Source: Lama guanicoe
Lineage: Eukaryota
Direction of reading: 5' to 3'
Assembly: GCA_013239625.1 (NCBI GenBank)
Contig: MU054117.1
Span: forward strand, 1,982,011-2,046,010
Length of the DNA stretch: 64,000 nt
Each line of letters starts with the position of its first letter. The first letter of the stretch is position 1. Both the position numbers and the translations under genes were made by a program. The notes beneath the pieces are model-generated. The model did no database searches, had not been told where the DNA came from, and saw only the letters and a program-made list of their open reading frames with translations. Positions 58,427-64,000 of this stretch are shown piece after piece.

Positions 58427-58432
58427 AATAAA
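58427..58432 (+). terminator. Candidate proximal polyadenylation signal AATAAA
   Basis: ctttttAATAAAgaagtctcgttccttccttgt, U-rich flanks. Confidence 0.5.
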
Positions 58433-59913
58433 GAAGTCTCGTTCCTTCCTTGTAGTACAAGGAGTTAGCACTCCCTTCTCCATCCTCGCCTGACTGGGTG
58501 TTCTGCCTTGTTTTTGTTCAGATAGATAGTTAGCTCTCCCTCGCGTGTGGGGACTGGCCCCTGTCTGGGGAATGTGGTCTTACCGTGTCCGTGGAGGTGG
58601 TTCTGCTCTGTCCTACGTGTGACCGTTTGAAACTATGGTGCTGTGTCCTCTTCTCTCCTGTTGTGTCTGTTCCTGCTACGGTGTTAGAGGTAGGCTGTGT
58701 GCAAACTGATCAGCAGGGGACTGCTGTTTTTTTAAGGACAAAAACAAAACACCGAACAAACTAAAAACAGTAATGTTGTTTTCACTATCCTGTGTTCCTT
58801 TGTTTTGGTTTAAAAATCTGTGGTTTGACTTGAACTCATCAGGTTCCCTTTTCACGGTGGGTGGGCCCAGACAAGAGCTTGTGGTCTCTGCTTCCCTTCT
58901 TGCCCCGACCTCTTTTAAGAAATGTCTTCTAGTAACTAGAAGCGAAATGTACTGTCCAGTCACAGTCTGAGTGGGTATGAGATTTAACTCAAAGGCATCT
59001 TACTCAAGAAAAGCAAACCCTTCCCTATAAAACCCGGTTCCTGGAGTCACTTTCTCTGTAGTTCATACTGCCCATTTTTAGTCACTCTTCCTTTAACGTC
59101 ATACAACATGTTAAGTGTTTTGACCTGTTAGGAGGTGCATAAGCATTGCTGTGCTGTCCTAAAATCTCATCTCAAATGTGTGTGTGATTTAAGACTTCAG
59201 TAGAAATTGCAAGTTTTCATTTTGCCAAACTATATGAAGATATTACTTAGTTAAGAATGTCATCTGGTTAATGTTACAAAAGAAAGCACAATGTTTTTTG
59301 CCTTTTGGTCTCTATAAAAATCTTCAAATGCTTGTTGGTTAAAGCGTGGTCTTAAGTGATGGCTGCCTGAAATACATTAAAAAATACTTAATTTTTCCTT
59401 CATTACTCAGCTACCAGTGGAGGGGCCTGAGGGTGCTGAGGGCGCCGGCTGAGGTGCTTTGTTTCTGGAGTGCGGCAGGTGGGTGCAGCTGGCTGTGCAG
59501 GGAGTCACTTACCGCCGTAGTACAGGGTCTGCCTGCGCGTCTGACCGAAGAGGAAAATGCGAGGCGGTCTCCGGCCAAGAACAGCTTCCTGCTCACCTTC
59601 TGACATCTTGAAACTTAAGTGTGTCGTTTCATTGATACTGTGGGGTTTTCTGTACTTATTTGAGAGTCACAGAGGATTTGGTCTGACTTGTGACCATTTA
59701 GACCAAGGCCGAGAAGAACAGATAAGAGAAATTCATTTAAAAAAGAAAGAAAAGTTAACATACACAGTTGTACAGCTTTGGAATTAATGAGCAAAGATTC
59801 ATCTGTTTAAAGAAACGCTGATGTTCTAATATAAAACAGTTTTGTTTTTTTTTTTGGTCAAAGGAAATCACTTAACTTACAACTGAACTCCATTCTGTGG
59901 TGTTGCATTTCAT

Positions 59914-59919
59914 ATTAAA
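59914..59919 (+). terminator. Candidate polyadenylation signal ATTAAA
   Basis: catATTAAAacttgatttacgttgtctctccctttc, GU/U-rich downstream. Confidence 0.45.
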
Positions 59920-61134
59920 ACTTGATTTACGTTGTCTCTCCCTTTCCTGTCTCTTCAAAGTCACAGTTCTTCACCATCAGCATGTTAGTTCTTTCAAAGG
60001 TGTTCTCACTGCCTTCGTGGTAAAGTATTTTGGCAAAGGTTATGGGAAGAACAAGGAAGACTGGTAGGTCACAGAGCAGGTCATGGGAACCGCCCAGCCC
60101 CTGGCTGCAGGTGTGATGACAGCTTTCCTTGTCCCCGCCCGGGAGCCGGCGCCCCAGAGCCGCGTGGAGGTGCCTCGGTGGGACCGCAGCTGCCGCCCGA
60201 GGCGCCTCGGGGGGTTGAAGAGCAAAGCCGAGATCCGCGGTGGTCCGTGGCGCACGCCCACGCTCAGGCCCCGCGAGCGCCTCTGCCGCTGGCTTCGGCG
60301 TGCGTCCGGGAAGCATCGGTTTACGTGTTTCTCCTAGTGCTTAGGTCCCGGGCACGATTCGGTGCTACTTGTCAGCATCTTCATTCTGTAGTGTGTGTGT
60401 GTGACTGTCGCCAGCACTTAAGCAGGAGGCTGAAAGGAAACACTGAGGAAGCCCTTCTTTCAAAGGGTGGGATTAGCCACTGTTTAAAAGGAGTGGGATT
60501 TGAAAACTAAATTGTGGGGAAATGAAGGTGTTACAGCCCCACGTAACTGGCAGTTTCCGTAAAGGTTTACACACAAACTAGCTTCGTGTGTGTGTAGAAA
60601 GTTGCTTCAGCAGTAGGCCCTTGAGTATAAACTTTTAAAAGCAGGCAACCAACTTGCCTTTTCCTGTTTTTTTGAAATCCCACTTTTTTTTGTTAAACAT
60701 GTCATTCATTTGGATCTGGATGTGCCGAGTGGCATTAGTATTTACGGCCTGAGAAGGAGAGCGGCTGTTGATCTGTTTGGACTGAAGTCTTCTCTGGGCC
60801 TGGACAGTACCCGGTCAGCACTATTTGACGCAGGCCACGCACGCGCTGGGCGAGGCTGTGGCGGGCCCTGACCGGTGTGTCCTGCGCGTGCTGGCTGGCG
60901 GTGCTCCGAGGTGTCCGACCGGGAAGGGTCAGCCTCAGGCCCTAGTGGTTACTCCCCTACGTGTTTATTTACCTGTTAGTGAGACACTTAAATGTAACAT
61001 GGGCTCGACTTTACCAGGGTTTTTGGTGGTGCCTTAAGAAAAGTATGACTTGATTTCTTGTTTTTTTGAGCATGTTTTGCATTTCTCGTTTTCTGAAAGA
61101 ATGTTAGAGATGGTTATTTGCATTATATCTGAAA

Positions 61135-61140
61135 AATAAA
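61135..61140 (+). terminator. Candidate distal polyadenylation signal AATAAA
   Basis: gaaaAATAAAcatttttacatgtgctca after a U-rich block; another AATAAA at 61293. Confidence 0.55.
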
Positions 61141-62579
61141 CATTTTTACATGTGCTCAGGTCCCCCACTCTGTCATTTACGGTGTCAGTGCTATGTGGCA
61201 ACCAAGCAAAGGTAGACTCGGCATGGGTGTGGGCATGAGAGCCACTTTGAACCTTTGCAGAACAGTTTCTAATGTGCCTTTGCTCCCTACAAAATAAAGA
61301 GCTGGCCTCAAATGACTTCATCTCGGTGTGATTAGCCTAGTGTGTCCAGAAAGTGGTTCCTCGGGACTTCACCTGTCCTCTATGAGAGTCCAGTGTGAGC
61401 AGCAGGCCTTGCCCCACCTTTGGCTCTTGAGAGTCTACCCCTTTTCAGGGAACCAGCAATAATAGGGAAGACGAGGAAGTGCTTTCCTTTTTCTTCTGGC
61501 CTCCTGCTTCTTAAAACGCGTTCGCACTGCGGCTTACTTCAGAGAAGTAAAGAGCACTTTCTTCCCGTCGCCGAGGCTCACGGGCCGTGCGGGCGTGAGG
61601 GACCGGCCACTGCTGACGGTGCCGGGGTTCTGTTTGCAATGGCATTGGCCTCTCGCACGGAGTGCCCTGTGCACGTGTGTGTTGGGGAGGAGGAGGGAAG
61701 ATCTGCTTGAACCAGATCAAGAAAAAAGGCCTGAAGTTTCACAGGACTAACAAATCCTTTTCCTCTGAAAAACGATGTGAGATCTTCCCAGCTTGGACCC
61801 AGTCCTTCACGGGGCCTTTGCCTTGCAGTCGATACCAGAACCTTTACTGGGGAGCCTCACGTAGCGGGGTCGGGGGTGCGCCACACAAAGGGATGTGCTC
61901 CAGGGCTGTGCGTCTGGTGACTCAGCTCGGAGTGACCCCAGAATTTGACTTTTCTCCCCTACTTGCTCTTTGAAGTGGGTTTCTATTCTGCATTAGTAGG
62001 AAGAGAGATAATTTGATGTTTCCATGTAGGAAAGTCCCATGAAGTCACTAGCTTGGATGTGTATCTGGTTAATTAGAAAAAAAAACGCACCACTGGACGC
62101 CTTGAAGATGGTTTTGGTGGTTCCAGCTGGTGGAGCTTGTATCAAGGAGCCCTGGTAAGTCGCCAGGGATGAGCACAGAGGCTTCGGTAGTTTTGAGAAA
62201 CAACCCAGCAAACAAAAGCTTCCAAAGCCCAGATGATGATTCTTGGGTTACACGAGGTGAGGAATGCGGGATTTAGCAATGACGATCTGGGTTTGGGCTC
62301 CGTATGACCGCACGTTAGTTACTTAGCTTGTTTTGAGTCTCGATTTCCTACCATGTATGGGTTAGTCCGCGTGGGTGCAAAGACGTGTAGGTCACAGCCC
62401 CTCTCCTTAGGAGAGGGTAAGACAGATGGTTTTTAAGGATGTTTCTGTGAAAACATTGACAGAATTTAGAGAGGAAGATAGAGGGGTTTGGGACACCCAG
62501 TCCAAAGTCCCATTGAATGACAGAAAAGTTCCCTGAGGAGGGAACATGCTGCCTGTCTGAGTGTCTGTTTTGAGAGGAC

Positions 62580-63640
62580 CTGACTCCTGGTCACGGACAC
62601 CCGTGTTGGAGCTTGCCCGCAGCCTCCCCTGCACCTGGGCTGAATCCGCAGAGCGCGGCAAGCACTCCCGCGCGCGGCCCGGGCCCGCACCCGCACCTGC
62701 ACCTCGCGGCGAGCTCTGGGGCGGGAGAGAGGATCAGACGTGTCCTGATGGACCTGACCCAGCCCCCCGCCTCGGTCCCTGGCCTGGGGGTAGTCTCTCC
62801 CCGCATCCAAAGCCCAGGCCCCTTCCCCCTCCAGACTGGGCTGCGCCCGTCGGCCACCTGGCACCTCGGTCGTCTGGCTGAGCCCTGCCCCTTTCTCCTT
62901 GGTGGGGGCGCAGGACGGGTGACCACGCTGTCCTCGGAGCCCAGAGCGACTCACGCCCACCTGGTCTTGGCCAGTGCCCTTGGCGTTTGCTTATTTTGTC
63001 ATGGAAACACCAGAGTCCCTGTTGGAGCACTGAGGCTGGCGTGACTCGCGTTGCTTCTCGTCCCAGAAGCAGCCCGTCCACCACGTTCCTCCCTCAGCAG
63101 AGGCCCCCGTAACAGGAGGCGGCGGAAGCCACAGGAGGGCTCTCGGGTTCCCTGTCACTGCACGTCCCCCTCCTCCTCTGTCCAGGAGAGGTGTGTCAGG
63201 CCAGCACCCATCAGTGAGTCCCAGCCCTTGTCCCCTCCTTGAGGCCTCGCAAACCCGTCCTCCCCTCCCTGGCTCAGCGCAGGAGCTTAGGGCCCGCCTC
63301 CAGCCCGCCTCCGTCCCCTGCCCTCTTCCTAGCCAAGCCCCACTTGTTCCTGCTGCTTCATTTTCAAGTCACCCCTCCGTCTGCCCTAACCCGGCTCTAC
63401 TCGACGTCCTGCCCAGACTCCTCCCGCCCAGGTGGTAACTAGCCAGGTGCAGCGGGCCGGGCACTTCTCACCTGAGGAAGCCCACACGCCCGGGGAGGGG
63501 TCAGTGAGGGTGTGGGCACCAGGGGGCGGGGGTCACCCGAGAGTGTGTCGTGTGAGTGAAACACTGCATCAGATTCCGCCGCCGCGCCCGGGAGAGGGGC
63601 CTGATGCCGCTCACTGTCCACACCCTCCTGTTCACGTCAG
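62580..63640. promoter_or_regulatory. GC/CpG-rich island-like region downstream of KDM5A
   Basis: Dense CpG (e.g. cccgcgcgcggcccgggcccgc), GC boxes (ggggcggg at ~62717 and ~63522); no recognisable coding exon. Confidence 0.4.
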
Positions 63641-64000
63641 AGTGAGAAAGAAAAGGCTAATGGCTTTGTTTTTCCGACGTCCCTGAGAAGAAGAGCAGTA
63701 ACTTTCCCACTTGAGCTGAATGTTTATAAGACTGCTGCAATTTGGAATAATTATAGCTGCCCTTGGGCCAGTCTCCCCCACCCCCCGCACTCAAGAGAAC
63801 GAATCTTCCCTGCTGCCTAGAAGAACAGAAATCTCCAAACCCCGCCGAGTCTGCCTCTCGCGTTCCACGTCCCTCCACCCGGCTGGTGGTCTCCCCGGGA
63901 CACACTCCAGATTGTTCACATCCTTTCTAATGTCCGTGCGAAGCCTTCTTTTAATGTTTAAATCACAATTCTGGATGAAGAAATCAGACTTCCTCGACTT

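Larger units (their letters stand above)
57162..61160 (+). other. KDM5A: KDM5A 3'UTR (3' end approximate)
   Basis: Follows the stop codon; no recognised interspersed repeats, AU-rich blocks; candidate poly(A) signals at 58427, 59914 and 61135. Confidence 0.6.

Noticed and set aside
62407..63905. Many overlapping ORFs as a downstream gene (e.g. SLC6A13)
   Set aside because: Pro/Arg/Gly-rich translations typical of GC-rich non-coding DNA; no SLC6 transporter peptide recognised

Overview
Mammalian genomic DNA, most likely from a camelid given the tRNA-derived Vic-1-type SINEs. The window holds most of the histone H3K4me2/3 demethylase gene KDM5A (JARID1A/RBP2) on the + strand. Twenty-five coding exons (exons 4-28 in human numbering, from memory) join in frame into 4707 nt (1568 codons plus stop). 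They cover the end of ARID, PHD1, JmjC with an intact H-x-E...H triad, the C5HC2 zinc finger, PLU-1, PHD2, LxCxE and PHD3, followed by a ~1.3-4 kb 3'UTR with several poly(A) signals. The 5' exons lie upstream of the window. Introns carry L1, L2, MIR and hAT MER relics, five camelid SINEs and several local tandem duplications. The most notable items are an 81-nt stop-containing cassette exon that would remove PHD3, a GC-AG intron, apparent AT-to-GC-biased amino acid changes with CpG-rich patches, an inverted SINE pair within a nested insertion, a tRNA-like relic beside the exon 12 acceptor, and a two-level minisatellite. I see no evidence for a wholly new biological system, and no prokaryotic features such as CRISPR. 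Comparisons with human KDM5A and repeat family names are from memory, not from searches.
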